A stretch of DNA of 64,000 nucleotides from Phyllobates terribilis. Lineage: Eukaryota. The notes beneath the pieces were generated by a model. That model ran no database searches and was not told the DNA's origin. It saw only the letters and a list, made by a program, of their open reading frames with translations. This document shows positions 1 through 13,100 of this stretch, in pieces (position 1 is the first letter of the stretch; every line of letters starts with the position of its first letter). The stretch is from contig NW_027362772.1 in assembly GCF_046119375.1 (NCBI RefSeq), positions 131,254,001 through 131,318,000 of the forward strand, written 5' to 3'. The position numbers were made by a program, and so were the translations under genes.

Positions 1-1453
1 TTGCCATATCGTCATTTTTTTTTACTTTTGAAAAAAAAACTTAACCCTAATCCTAGCACAGCTCTAACCCCAACCCTAACCCCAACCCCAGCCCTATCGT
101 TTATTTTTTACGCAGTTCCAAGTGCGGTAAAAGTGATTAGACGACTTTATTCTTCGGGTCGGTGCGACTACAGAGATACCGGAATCATATTGGGTTTTTA
201 TGATTGACAGCTGTCACACACTAAAAGACGCATTTTTTTGTAAAATCTAGTTTTTGCATCGTCATATTTTGAGAGCTATAATTTTTCCATATTTTGGCCG
301 ACAGAGTCATGTGATGGCTTGTTTTTTGCGGGATGAGTTGACGTTTTTATTGGTGCCATTTTCAGGCACGTGACATTTTTTGTTCGCTTTCTATTCCGAT
401 TTTTGGGAGGCAGAATAAACAAAAACCAACAATTCAGAAATTGTGTTTTTTTAACATTTTTTATTCTGCTCCGCGTGTGGTAAAATTGATAAGGTAGCTT
501 TATTCTTTCGGTCAGTACGTTTACAGCGGTACCACATTTATATAGTTTTTCTATGTTTTGGTGCTTTTACACAATAAAAAATTATTTTTTTGCTTCGCTT
601 TATTCTGAGAGCTATAACTTTTTGATTTTGTTTTTTGCCGGACAAGATGACGTTTTCAGCGGTACCATTTTTATTTATATTCGTCTTTTTGATCGCGTGT
701 TATTCCATTTTTTGTTTGGCAGTATGATGATAAAGCATTGTTTTTTGCTTCGCTTTTTTTTTTTTTTTTTTTTTACTGTGTTCACTGAAAGGGTTAACTA
801 GTGGAACAATTTTATAGGTCAGGTTGTTCTGGACGCGGCGATACCAAATATGTGTACTTTTATTGTTTGTTTGTTTTTTTTTTCATAATAATATTTATTG
901 ATGGGTATATTATATTTTTATTTTTGGTGGATTATTTTTTTAATTTTTTTTTTATATTTTTACAATTATTTTTTTTTCACTTTCTGACAGCTTTTTTATT
1001 GTTGTACTTTGTCCCACTATGGGACTTTCACTTTTTTTATTCTGATCGCCTGCATAGCACAGGAATGGAGCACCATCCCTGTGCCATGCAGGCTGTCAGC
1101 GCTGCACAGTGAGAAGATAGTTTGGTCATGCACTGAGCATGACCAAAAAATCTTCCTGCTCTCTGGTGACCCGGATGTTGTCATGACGACATCGGGTCGT
1201 CATGGCAACATCCGGGAAGCCGCGACAGACAGCGCTGGAGGCCGGAAGATGAGGTGAGTATTCCGATCACCTCCCCTTAGCCACCGCAACGCTGCGATCA
1301 ACTTCGATCGCAGCATTGCGGGGGTTAATGTGCAGGGAGCAGTGCGGGACCGCTCCCTGCACATAGTACCGGGTGTCAGCTGTGACAATCAGCTGACACC
1401 CGGCAGCGATCGCGCCTGCACAGCCTGAGTGCGCGTGCGATCGCCATGACATA

Positions 1454-3023
1454 CACTGTGTTCCAAATTATTATGCAAATAATATTTTCTCAGATTTTCC
1501 CAAGTTACCTATATGAATTGCAGTCATTGTAATTTTCCAGTCAAATAACTATTAGAGTACAATTGAAAGGTTTTTGTACAAACTGCCTATGATAACAGTA
1601 TATTTTTAAAAAAATAAAAAATTCAAACTGCACTCAAAATGCATGTTCCAAATTATTATGCACAGCAGAGTTTTCAACCTTTTCATTTTAATAAAGAACA
1701 AAAAAATGGTCATTTTTGAAATTATAAGCATTAGCAGGTTATTAGAAACTGAAATCAAACAGTTTTCAACTCAAAACTTTATTCTCGGTGATGTTACATT
1801 TGCACATAGGACCGCTTGTTCGAAAGGAGCTTCTAAACTCTCTCGTCCATTGAATTTGTCAGGTTTTGGATGGTTTCTGCTTCAATTGTTTTGCATGAGG
1901 ACAGAATACCCTCCCAGAGCTGTTGCTTAGATGTGAACTGCCTCCCGCCATCATAGACACTCCTTTTGATGATGCTCCAGAGGTTCTCAATGGGGTTGAG
2001 GTCAGGGGAGCATGGGTGCCACACCATATGTTTGTCCCCTTTTATGCCCATAGCAGCCAGAGATGCAGATGTGTTATGTGCAGCATGAGACGGGGCATTA
2101 TCATGCATGAAAATGATCTTGCTGCGGAATGCACGGCTCTTCTTCTTGAACCATGGAAGGAAGTGCTGTTTGAGAAACTCAACATACATTATGGAGTTCA
2201 TCTTTACCCCTTCAGGGATCCTAAAAGGGCTGACAATCTCTCTCCCCATGATTCCAGCCCAAAACATTACTCCACCTCCTCATTGTTAGCGCCGTAGCCG
2301 TGTTTGCATGGGGTGTCCATCAACCAGCCATTCTCCACTCCATCCATCTGGACCATCGAGATCATTTCATGCATGATAATGCCCCGTCTCATGCTGCACA
2401 TAACACATCTGCATCTCTGGCTGCTATGGGCATAAAAGGGGACAAACTTATGGTGTGGCACCCATGCTCCCCTGACCTCAACCCCATTGAGAACCTCTGG
2501 AGCATCATCAAAGGAGTGTCTATGATGGCGGGAGGCAGTTCACATCTAAGCAACAGCTCTGGGAGGGTATTCTGTCCTCATGCAAAACAATTGGAAGCAG
2601 AAACCATCCAAAACCTGACAAATTCAATGGACGAGAGAGTTCAGAAGCTCCTTTCGAACAAGCGGTCCTATGTGCAAATGTAACATCACCTAGAATAAAG
2701 TTTTGAGTTGAAAACTGTTTGATTTCAGTTTGTAATAACCTGCTAATGCTTATAATTTCAAAAATGACCATTTTTTTGTTCTTTATTAAAATGAAAAGGT
2801 TGAAAACTCTGCTGTGCATAATAATTTGGAACATGCATTTTGAGTGCAGTTTGAGTTTTTTATTTTTTTTTAAATATACTGTTATCATAGGCAGTTTGTA
2901 CAAAAACCTGTCAATTGTACTCTAATAGTTATTTGACTGGAAAATTACAATGATTGCAATTCATATAGGTAATTTGGGAAAATCTGAGAAAATATTATTT
3001 GCATAATAATTTGTAACACAGTG
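1454..3023. mobile_element. Fold-back (palindromic) Tc1-family element, DD37E/TRT type, made of two transposase 3' ends
   Basis: TA flanks at 1452-1453 and 3024-3025. Arms 1454-2119 and 2359-3023 are inverted copies. Both encode HDNAPSH...SPDLNPIE, with 37 residues between the second D and E. Confidence 0.9.
1833..2355 (-). pseudogene. Tc1/TRT transposase catalytic-domain fragment (no DNA-binding domain)
   Basis: ORF 1833-2267 reads VMFWAGI...FMHDNAPSH...PDLNPIENLWS. The upstream disrupted frame gives LDGPDGW. Confidence 0.85.
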
Positions 3024-3161
3024 TATTAATACAGGTCAGTCTCTTAAAGCCCGGGGCACAGAAGCATATTAATACGTCATGGGCTTTAAAGGGGTTAAGA
3101 TATATATATATCTTACACATATACTGTATATATGTGAGTGTGTGTGTATATATATATATAT

Positions 3162-3370
3162 AGTCATCAAAGCAAAAGGTGGCTACTTTGAAGAACCTAG
3201 AATATAAGACATATTTTCAGTTGTTTCACACTTTATTGTTAAGTATATAATTCCACATGTGTTAATTCATAGCTTTGATGCCTTCAGTGTGAATGTACAA
3301 TTTTCAATGTCATGAAAATACAGAAAAATCTTTAAATGAGAAGGTGTGTCCAAACTTTTGGTCTGTACTG
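3162..3370 (+). mobile_element. Isolated terminal-repeat fragment of the DD38E Tc1 family
   Basis: Matches the terminal ~210 bp of the copies at 20640-23968 and 48244-49873, and ends GGTCTGTACTG-TA. Confidence 0.9.
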
Positions 3371-3628
3371 TATATAAATTACTATATGGAGGTCTAGTTA
3401 GTTAGGAGAATAGGTCTTTTCTATAAGAGACACTTCAAAAAAACTGCTCCGAGTATGCAATTGCTAAAGTACTGGCCCAACACTGTTGTTTTATGGCTAT
3501 ATGCATAGAAAGGGTTATGGAACATATTTTTGATAGCATATAACTGTTAATTCTGTTAAAGGTACCTGTGTATACTCTTAGTCCGTGTTATTGGGAGTAA
3601 CTTCTGTCATTGGATTTGTTATATATGC
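3371..3628 (+). repeat. ~260-bp segment also present at ~26756-27020
   Basis: Direct visual match (TATAAATTAC...GGAGGTCTAGTTAGTTAGGAGAATAGG...GGATTTGTTATATATGCTGT). Confidence 0.85.
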
Positions 3629-4010
3629 TGTGTCCAAACTTTTGGTCTGTACTGTACATAAATATATAGTTGAGTCCAAAAGAATTTCAACAGAGTTTTC
3701 ATAATTAAGGTAGCAAAACCACTTCAATAGTTACTGGCAAAATAAGACAGCGGTTCCTCTAGACCCCAATACACATGCACGCTCTGCTCAGCCAAGCATG
3801 CATGTGTTTTCAGTGAGGAAAGTCACTGCCATATGCCTCTGGGGGGTGCTGCACCTCCTGTGATAATAAGAAGAATGAGGACTAAAATCCAACATGTCCA
3901 ATTCCTCTTCCATCCCTTCATTATCACAGGATCAAAGTAATTGGCAAAAAGTAACATAATTATGAATATGCGGATTATTATATTGATGATTTTCAATATT
4001 GATTACTTAA

Positions 4011-4564
4011 ATGGGTTGTCCACTACTTTACATGATCCCCCAATGTATTCCCCCAGGGCTCATAAGTGTTTCTCTAAATACCTTGTGGTGCCTTTTCTGC
4101 CTGTGAGAGGCGCTATCACTGGCCGCTCACAGGCATCACGTGACCCCCGGCTGCAGCCGGCTCTGACATCTGCTGATGTCACGTCAAGTTCCGGCTGCAG
4201 CAGGGGGTGCTCAATTCTGCGTTCCACGGTGGACGCTGGGCTGTGGGTAGGGTTACTCTGTGCGTCACACCCGACATCCACCGCGTGCTCTCTCTCTCCT
4301 CATTCACTGGGAAAAGGCGCGGTGGATGCTGGGTGTGACACACGGGATAACCCTGCCAACAGCCCAGCGTCCTCCGCGGGGAGCGCGTCACTGATGTCAC
4401 GCTTCACTTGACATGACATCAGCGGGGGGGGTCACATGATGCCTCTGAGCGGCCAGTGATAGCGCCACTCAGAGGCAGAAAAGGTACCGCAAGGTATTAC
4501 AAAAACACTTCTGGGCCCCGGGGGGATACATTGGGTGGTTCATATAAAGTAGTGGACAACTCCT
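4011..4564. mobile_element. T2/Kolobok-type MITE
   Basis: TTAA flanks at 4007-4010 and 4565-4568. Termini are A(T)GGGTTGTCCACTACT / AGTAGTGGACAACTCCT, with imperfect inverted repeats of ~140 bp and a GC-rich core. Confidence 0.85.
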
Positions 4565-5004
4565 TTAAAGAAACAAAGAAAATGGTTTATACAAAATCAA
4601 GGTTACACCACACTAATGATGTTCAAATTTTAAGTTTGATTGTCTCTTTAACAATGCATTTCAAGGACCTTTCACTGGATTTTTTAGTTTAAAATAAGTA
4701 CCTCCTCCAATTGGCTGCTTCACTGATTCTAAAACTTTTTTTAGCAAAAAACTCAGTCTCGGCCATGGCTGTGGTCAGATCATGGATTAAAAAAGAGAAA
4801 GTTTGGTCCAGCATTGGAAAGATCAAAGGTATCGTTTGAAACATGTAAATAGTTACCAATAATGCACTTTTTGCACTTTGGATTTTAAATTGTGTCACTA
4901 ATATAATTTTTAATATTCCCTATGATGAACTCAATTTCTTCTCTTTTTTTTTTAGCTGTAAGCCCCTGCCAGAAATATGTGACAGAAGGTTTTCTGACCT
5001 CTTA

Positions 5005-8000
5005 TAGAATCATAGAATCATAGAATCATAGAATGGTAGAGTTGGAAGGGACCTCCTGGGTCATCTGGTCCAACCCCCTGCTCAAAGCAGGATTCACTAA
5101 ATCATCTCAGACAGATGTCTGTCCAGCCTCTGTTTGAAGACGTCCATTGAAGGGGAACTCACCACCTCTCGTGGCAGCCTGTTCCACTCATTAATCACCC
5201 TAACTGTCAAAAAGTTTTTTCTAATATCTAATCTGTGTCTCCTCCCATTTAGTTTCATCCCGTTGCTTCTAGTCTTTCCCTGTGCAAATGAGAATAAAGA
5301 TGATCCTTCTACAATGTGACAGCCCTTGACATATTTGTAGACAGCTATTAAGTCTCCTCTCAGTCTTCTTTTTTGCAAGCTAAACATTCCCAAATCCTGC
5401 AACCGTTCCTCATAGGACATGGTTTGCAGACCAGTCACCATTCTGGTCGCTCTTCTCTGAACTTGTTCCAGTTTGTCTATGTCTTTTTTAAAATGTGGTG
5501 CCCAAAACTGTACACAGTATTCCAGATGAGGTCTGACCAAAGAGGAGTAAAGACCGATAATGACTTCACGTGATCTAGACTGTATGCTTCTGTTAATACA
5601 TCCCAGAATTATATTTGCCTTTATTGCTGCTGCATCACACTGTTGACTCATGTTCAGTCTATGATCTATTAGTATACCTAAGTCTTTTTCACATGTACTG
5701 TTGCTTAGCTCTATTCCTCCCATTCTGTATATGCTTTTTTCATTTTTATTGCCCAGATGTAGTACTTTGCATTTTTCCCTGTTAAAAACCATTCTGTTGG
5801 TTGCTGCCCACTGCTCCAGTTTATTTAGGTCTTTTTGAATCCTCTCTCTCTCTTCTCTAGTATTAGCTATCCCTCCTAGCTTTGTGTCATCAGCAAATTT
5901 AATCAGTTTACCCTCAATTCCTTCATCTAAATCATTGATGAAGATGTTGAACAATACAGGTCCCAGTACAGAGCCCTGTGGTATCCCACTTGAGACATTC
6001 ATCCAGCTGGATGTGAAGCCATTTACAACCACCCTTTGAGTCCGATCACTAAGCCAGTTATGAATCCACCTAACAGTTGCCTGGTCCATTGCATACTTGG
6101 TCATTTTTTCAATAAGGATGGTGTGAGATACTTTGTCAAATGCTTTGCTGAAGTCAAGATATACTATATCTACAGCATTTCCCTGATCCACCCAGTCAGT
6201 GATTCTGTCATAGAAGGAAATTAAGTTAGTCTGACATGACTTGTTAGTTACAAACCCATGCTGACTCTGGTTAATCACTTCATTCTTATCCAGGTACTTA
6301 CATACATGATGTTTAATAATTTGTTCAAAGATCTTTCCTGGTATAGAAGTCAGACTCACCGGCCTATAGTTCCCTGGGTCCACCTTCTTCCCCTTTTTGA
6401 AGATAGGAACAACATTTGCTCTTCTCCAGTCTTCTGGGACTTCTCCTGTTCTCCAAGAATTTTCAAAGATTATGGAGAGTGGTTCTAAAATTTCTTCTAC
6501 GATCTCCTTCAGTACTCTGGGGTGTAATTCATCTGGACCTGGAGACTTGAACTCATTTATGTTAGCTAAATATTCCCTCACAATCTTTCTGTTTACAGAT
6601 AACTTGGATTCTTCTATTCCTTTAAAAGGACAGTGAAAATCAGTTGATGTTACATTTTCTTTCTGAGAGAAAACAGATGCAAAATAGGAATTAAAAAGTT
6701 CGGCCTTCTCAACATCCTCTCTTACCATTTCTCCATTTTCATCCTGTAAAAATCCTATAGCATCTTTGACTTTTCTTTTACTTTTGACATACCCCCAAAA
6801 TCCTTTTTTATTGCTTTTGACATCTCTTGCAAGCCTTAATTCATTGTCAGCTTTAGCTAACCTGATACGTGCCCTGCAGGATCTGCAGACTGCATTATAA
6901 TCTTCTTTAGATATGCCTCCCTCTTTCCATTTAATAAACATTTCTTTCTTTCTTTTTAGCATGTGTTTAAGTTCTGTGTTCATCCATCCTGGTTTCCTTA
7001 AATGCTTCCCATTCTTCCTACTTTTCGGGATTGTTAACGATTGTGCTTTGAGAATCTCATTTTTAAAAATTTCCCATCCTTCCTGGACATTTTTGTCCTT
7101 AAGGACATCCAGCCATTGGATCCCTCCTATGCTCTTTCTGAGTCTCTTAAAATCTGCCTTTCTAAAATCTAACCTTGAAGTTTGAGTCTTCACATGTCTT
7201 CCTCCTCTAGTTATCCAAAATTCTATAATAGCATGATCGCTGCCTCCTAGGGTCCCAGCCACCTTTACCTCCTCAACCATTTCCTCCCTGTTTATAAGGA
7301 TTAGATCCAAAGTAGCAGATCCCCTTGTTTTCTCCCCTACCTTTTGGAAGATAAAGTTGTCAGCAAGAGAGGATAAGAATTAGCTTGACCTGTTAGTTTT
7401 ACTTGAGAGAGATTCCCAACAAATGTCTGGATAGTTGAAATCTCCCATGACCACTACGTCATATTTTTTGGAGAACTTGGTCATTTGATACATAAAGAGT
7501 TCATCCATATCTTCAGCTTGCCCAGGTGGCCTGTAGTAAATGCCTACAATGGTGTCCTTTCCGTTGTTCTCTCCTTGTATTCTTACCCAAACAGTTTCCA
7601 CAGAACTCCCAGTCTCTGAAGCTTCAATCTCTGTGCAGATATACGCTTTTCTAACATACAATGCGACACCTCCTCCTCGTTTATCAATTCTGTTTCTTGC
7701 AAATAAGTTGTATCCTTTTAGCCTTTTATTCCAGTCATGTGTATCGTCCCACCAAGTTTCAGTGATTCCAATGACATCATATTTCTTTTCCTGCATTAGT
7801 AGTTCCAATTCTCCTTGTTTGTTGCCCATGCTTTGTGCATTTGTATAAAAACATTTTAGTTTGTGATTGGTTTCTCTTCCTCCCATATTTTTATTTAGAT
7901 TTTTTTGTCTTTGTTCTTTCTTTCCACTTCCAGTAGCAGAGATCTCAATAGTATTTGTCAGCTGTATGAAGACAAGAACACTTGGACAAGTCAAGCATTT

Positions 8001-8105
8001 ATTGTCAGGAGAGATATTTGTTGTACAAAGAAGCATGGTTGGTCAACATCTATCACAGCTTTAGTGATATTTTGTTGCCAGCAAATACACCATCCAGCAA
8101 TCCTA
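5005..8105 (-). mobile_element. CR1 LINE, 5'-truncated, with 3' (ATTCTATG)n tail
   Basis: Tandem CATAGAAT octamers at ~5005-5034 are the CR1 tail on the minus strand. ORF2 contains an APE endonuclease (YTNA, GITETWW, GDFN) and an RT (PQGSVLGP, FADD). The 5' boundary is approximate. Confidence 0.93.
5097..7883 (-). pseudogene. CR1 ORF2 (endonuclease-reverse transcriptase) with one premature TAA
   Basis: ORFs 7380-8036 and 5097-7310 are in the same frame and separated only by TAA at 7380-7382 (...TNRSS*FLSSLADNF...). Confidence 0.92.
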
Positions 8106-9153
8106 GAGTTCATGTTCCCTTTTACAAGATGTTATTAAAGGGGTTGTCCACTAACGTAATATTGGTGATCTATCCCCAGGTGGGGAAGACAACAATCAGC
8201 AACCCCAGTGATTAGATGTTATCGGCAGAGGTGACGACTGGATATAAACTGTGTATAGAGCAAAAAACCTTAGGAGATGAGCCACATTTCTCAGCTAGGG
8301 CCACTAACTTGTTCCGCTCCATACACTGCTTATACTGGGGAGGAGATGAGGGATGATAACATCTGGTGCTGGGTATCGACTTGTGGGCAATACAGTTAAG
8401 AAATTGTTCAGTTCTGGGTCTGCTAGTATTCAATTATAATAATAATAATAATAATAATAATCATTTTTATTTCTATAGCGCCAACATATTCCCGCAGCAC
8501 TTTACATTTTAGAGGGGACTTGTACAGGCAATAAAGACATTACAGAATAACACATAACTCAGTTACCAATAAAAGTGAGGGCCCTGCTCGTAAGCTTCAA
8601 TCTATGAGGAAACAGGGCGGACACGAAAGGTAAAAGGTAAAAAGTGTTTGTATTGTATGGTCTAGCCAATAGCCATCAAAATAATAAATAGGATATTCAT
8701 GTAATGCTACATGAATCGGTCACCAGCCAGTGTGTGTACAAGTACAGACACAGAGGACTAGTAAGTCCATGGGGGTGTGTGAACAGATGATACGAGTGAC
8801 CTGATTTTGAAGAAAGTTTTGTATGGGCAAAACTTGGATAGCTAGATAAGTGAGGTGAGGCCATAGGCCAGCCTAAAGAAATGCGTTTTTTGTCCACTCT
8901 TAAAACTGTGGTTATTGGGAATTAATCGAATTGTCCTAGGTAATGCATTCCAAAGAATTGGCGAAAGTCGCGAAAAGTCTTGGAGATGGGAGTTGGAGAT
9001 TCGGATTATTGAGGATGTAAGCTTTAGATCATTAGCAGAATGGAGGGCACAGGAAGGGTGGTAAACTAAGACAAGGGAGGAGATGGGAGGAGGTGCTGAA
9101 TCATGGAGCACTTTGTGGGTGAGAGTAATAAGTTTAAATTGGACTCTGTAACG

Positions 9154-10166
9154 TGCTACGGATCCGAGTGGTGGAACCTCTGTGCTGAGGTGCAAGGAGA
9201 GACCAGAGGGGCGTAACTAGGTATCAAATCGGACCGACCAAGGCCGTACAGCGGCTCAATCGACTCCTTGACCAGGGAAGGACCGAGCAGAGGGACCAGG
9301 TGCTACTCTGGGGACCGACCTTGTATGAGAGCAGGTGACTCCCACGGGTCAGAAGGCAGGGACTGACTGGTACAGCAGATGAGCACGGCAGGCAGGCTGA
9401 CGGGTGATCCGGGCAGACGGACTGGCAGGCACAGCAGGTAACAAGCAGGAACCTCCAGGTAGGCGGGCTGGTAGGCACGGCTGGTAACAGGCAGGTGCTT
9501 CTAGGTAAGCGGGCTGGCAGGCACGGCAGCTAACAGGCAGGAGCCTCCAGGTAGGCTGGCTGGTAGGCACGGCAGGTAACAGGCAGGAGCCTCCAGGTAG
9601 GCTGGCTAGTAGGAACAGCAGGTAACAGGCAGGTGCTTCCAGGTAAGCAGGCGGATCGAGCCCATAGACAGACTGGCAGACTGGACTGTAGACAGACTGT
9701 CGGGCTGGAGAGTAGACAAGCAGGCGGACTGGACTAGTAGTCAGGTTGGCGGACTGGACTTGTAGTCAGGCTGGCGGGCTGGACTTGTAGTCAGGCTGGC
9801 GGGCTGGACTGGTAGTCAGGCTGGTGGGCTGGACTTGTAGTCTTGCTGGCGGACTGGACTGGTAGTCAGGCTAGCAGCGGGACCTGAGGGCTGTAGCAGA
9901 GTATCACACACAAAGCTACAACCTTGCACGGGCACCTCCATATTGGAGGAGGTGCCTTTTATAGGGGAAGTCCTCCGGTGATTGGCCGAGGACTTTTTAG
10001 GACGGCGCGCGCGGCCCCTTTAAGAGGGAGGGAGCGCGCACGCACGCGCCCTAAGCACGGAGCCGGGGAAGCTGCGTGCACCAGCAGCAGCTGCAGGGAG
10101 GCCAGAAGACGCCGGAGCAGGACCGCGGCGGTAAGGGGGACAGGAGGCAGAGACACCGATGCTACA
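9154..10166 (-). repeat. 3' LTR of Gypsy A, containing 46-bp and 25-bp minisatellite arrays
   Basis: TGCTACGG...GCTACA. 46-bp units lie at ~9440-9650 and 25-bp units at ~9730-9875. TATAAAA is on the minus strand at 9957-9963. Confidence 0.93.
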
Positions 10167-13100
10167 GTACCCTCCCTTTACACCCCCTCTTTTTCAGGCC
10201 AGGAAGAAATTTTTTAAGGAGAAGCAGGGCGTGGATGTTCTCCCTGGGTTCCCAAGTTATCTCCTCTGGGCCGAACCCCTTCCAATCCACCAGAAAAAAG
10301 GTTTTACCTCTTACCCTCTTGGTGGCCAGAATGTTCTCTACCTCATAGACGTCCTCAGCGGAGACCGGAGCTGGGGAGGTACCTGGATTGTCGGAAAAAG
10401 AATTAAGCACAACTGGTTTGAGGAGAGATACGTGGAAGGAGTTGGGAATCCGTAAGGTGGCCGGGAGTTTTAACTTGTAGGCTACTGGGTTGATTTGCTT
10501 GAGGACTTCAAAAGGGCAGATGAACCATGAGCCCAACTTATAGGAGGGTATTTTGAGACAAACCTGTTTGGAGGAGAGCCAAACCTTGTCTCCAGGATGG
10601 AATTGAGGTGGATCCAGACGTCTCTTATCAGCATGCTTCTTCATCCGCTCAGAGGATTGAAGAAGTGCGGATCTAGTGTCCTCCCAAATAGTGGAAAATT
10701 CACTGATCAGAGACTCCGCAGCCAGGTTTTCCACTGAAATGGAAACGGGAAACGGAATCCGGGGATGTTGACCGTAGACCACAAAGAACGGGGACTTGGA
10801 AGAAGATTCGCTCTCATGGTTGTTGTAGGAGAACTCGGCCCATGGTAGGAGCTCCACCCAATCGGTATGGTGAGCGTTGACAAAGTGCCGGAAGTAGCTG
10901 GTAAGGATCTGGTTGATACGCTCCACTTGGCCATTGGACTGCGGATGGTAAGCGGAAGAGAAATCCAGGGTGACATCCAGCAGCTTACATGTAGCTCTGC
11001 AGAAGCGCGAAGTGAACTGGACCCCTCGATCAGACACAATGTGGAGGGGTAGGCCGTGGAGACGAAAGATGTGATGCATGAAGTCCTTAGACAGCACCGA
11101 TGCAGACGGGAGACCAGGCAGAGGGATGAAGTGAGCCATTTTAGAAAAGCGGTCAGCGACCACCCAAATGATCGTACAACCGGCGGAAACAGGGAGATCC
11201 GTAATAAAGTCCATAGCAATGTGTTGCCATGGGGCAGCAGGTACGGGAAGAGGCAGGAGACGGCCAGCAGGAAGATGTCTGGAAACCTTGTTGCGGGCAC
11301 AGGACGAACAGGCCATGACAAAGTCTACCACATCCTGGTGCAGGGAAGGCCATCAGTAATGCCGGGTAATGAGCAGGAAGGTCTTCTTCTGGCCAGCATG
11401 GCCGGCTAGTTTGGATGAATGACCCCAGCGAAGAACCTTCTTATGATCCGGAAGCGCTACAAACGTCTTACCGGGTGGGAGACGAGACAGATCCAAGGGG
11501 GCCACATTCATCACTTTGGAGGGATCGATAATATGCATAGGCTCCTCCTCTTGATCGGAAGACAGGAAGGATTGGGACAAGGTGTCTGCTTTAACGTTCT
11601 TGTCCGCCGGGCAGTAATGTAGGGTAAAGTTAAAGCGGGCGAAGAACAAAGACCACCGGGCCTGACGCGGATTGAGTCTTTGGGCGTTCTGAAGATAAGC
11701 CAAGTTTTTATGGTCAGTATAGATGACCACCGGGTGCAGAGTCCCCTCGAGCAGGTAACGCTACTCCTCCAGCGCCAATTTGATGGCTAGCAGTTCTCGG
11801 TCTCCTATGAAGTAGTTGCGCTCAGATGAGGAGAAGACCTTGGAGAAGAAGCCGCAGGTTACCATTCTCCCGGATGGAGATTTCTGGGTGAGCACCGCTC
11901 CGGCTCCGGAAGAGGAAGCATCAACCTCCAGAAAGAATTGTTTGTTGTTATCCGGACGGTGCAGCACAGGGGCAGAAGAGAAGGCTTGTTTTAGAGAGAG
12001 GAAGGCCTCCTCTGCTTCGGACGGCCATTCCTTAGGATTTGCTCCCTTTCGGGTGAGCGCAGAGATGGGAGCAGTCCGGGAAGAGAAATGTGGGATGAAG
12101 AGACGGTAATAGTTGGCAAAGCCCAGTAATCGCTGAATCGCCTTCAACCCCTTCGAAAGGTGCCACTTTAAGACAGCAGAGACCTTCTCGGGGTCCATCC
12201 GTAGACCTGTCTTAGAGATAATATAGCCCTGGAATGGAAGAGAGGACTGCTCGAAGAGGCATTTCTCAAATTTTGCATATAGGTGATTCTGCCTGAGCCT
12301 AAGCAGGACCTGACGAACATCCCTCCGATGAGAGGGAAGATCCGGAGAGAAGACCAAGATGTCGTCCAGGTACACCATCAGGCAAGAATATAAGAGGTCA
12401 CGGAAGATGTCATTAACTAATTCTTGGAAGACGGCGGGAGCATTACAGAGACCGAAGGGCATCACACGGTATTCATAGTGACCGTCCCGGGTAATGAATA
12501 TTGTCTTCCACTCGTCTCCTTGGCGGATCCGAACCACGTTATACGCCCCACGAAGATCGAGCTTGGTGAAGATCTTCGCGCCTTTAAGGCGGTCGAACAG
12601 CTCAGAGATGAGTGGCAGGGGGTATTTGTTTTTGACAGTGATTTGGTTGAGTCCTCTATAATCGATACATGGGCGTAGTGAACCGTCTTTCTTTTTAACG
12701 AAGAAGAATCCGGCTCCAGCCGAGGAGGAAGATTTCCAGATGAATTCCCTAGCCAGATTTTCTTCGAAGTACTCCGACATGGCCCGGGTTTCGGCCAACG
12801 ACAACGGGTAGATACGCCCACGGGGTGGAGTGGCATCGGGTATCAGGTCGATAGGGCAATCATATGGCCTATGGGGTGGCAGAGTCTCTGCCTCCTTCTT
12901 GTCGAAGACAATCAGCATAGGACCAGTAGGGTGCTGGTAGACCGGGTAAATTAGTCAGAGTAGATGGGGGTCAAGCCCGGCGAACCGGAACCAGGCAGGT
13001 CTCATGGCAATCTTGCCCCCAACGGAGCACCTCACCGGATTGCCAATTCAGAACGGGTTCATATTTCTGTAGCCAGGGTAGACCTAGCAAAAGGGAGTGA

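Larger units (their letters stand above)
1..3094. mobile_element. Non-autonomous piggyBac-like (TTAA) DNA transposon, left part outside the window, interrupted by a Tc1 insertion
   Basis: Ends AAAGGGG at 3094 followed by TTAA (3095-3098). Sequence 1-190 and 1050-1452 plus 3026-3094 is the reverse complement of the start of the element at 28698-29335. Confidence 0.75.

Noticed and set aside
553-1112. Phe-rich hydrophobic ORFs suggesting membrane proteins
   Set aside because: They are translations of poly-T tracts inside a non-autonomous transposon.
9440-9875. Regularly spaced repeats resembling a CRISPR array (also at 14660-15125 and 27400-27650)
   Set aside because: Units are contiguous with no unique spacers, lie inside LTRs, and there are no cas genes. 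They are minisatellites.
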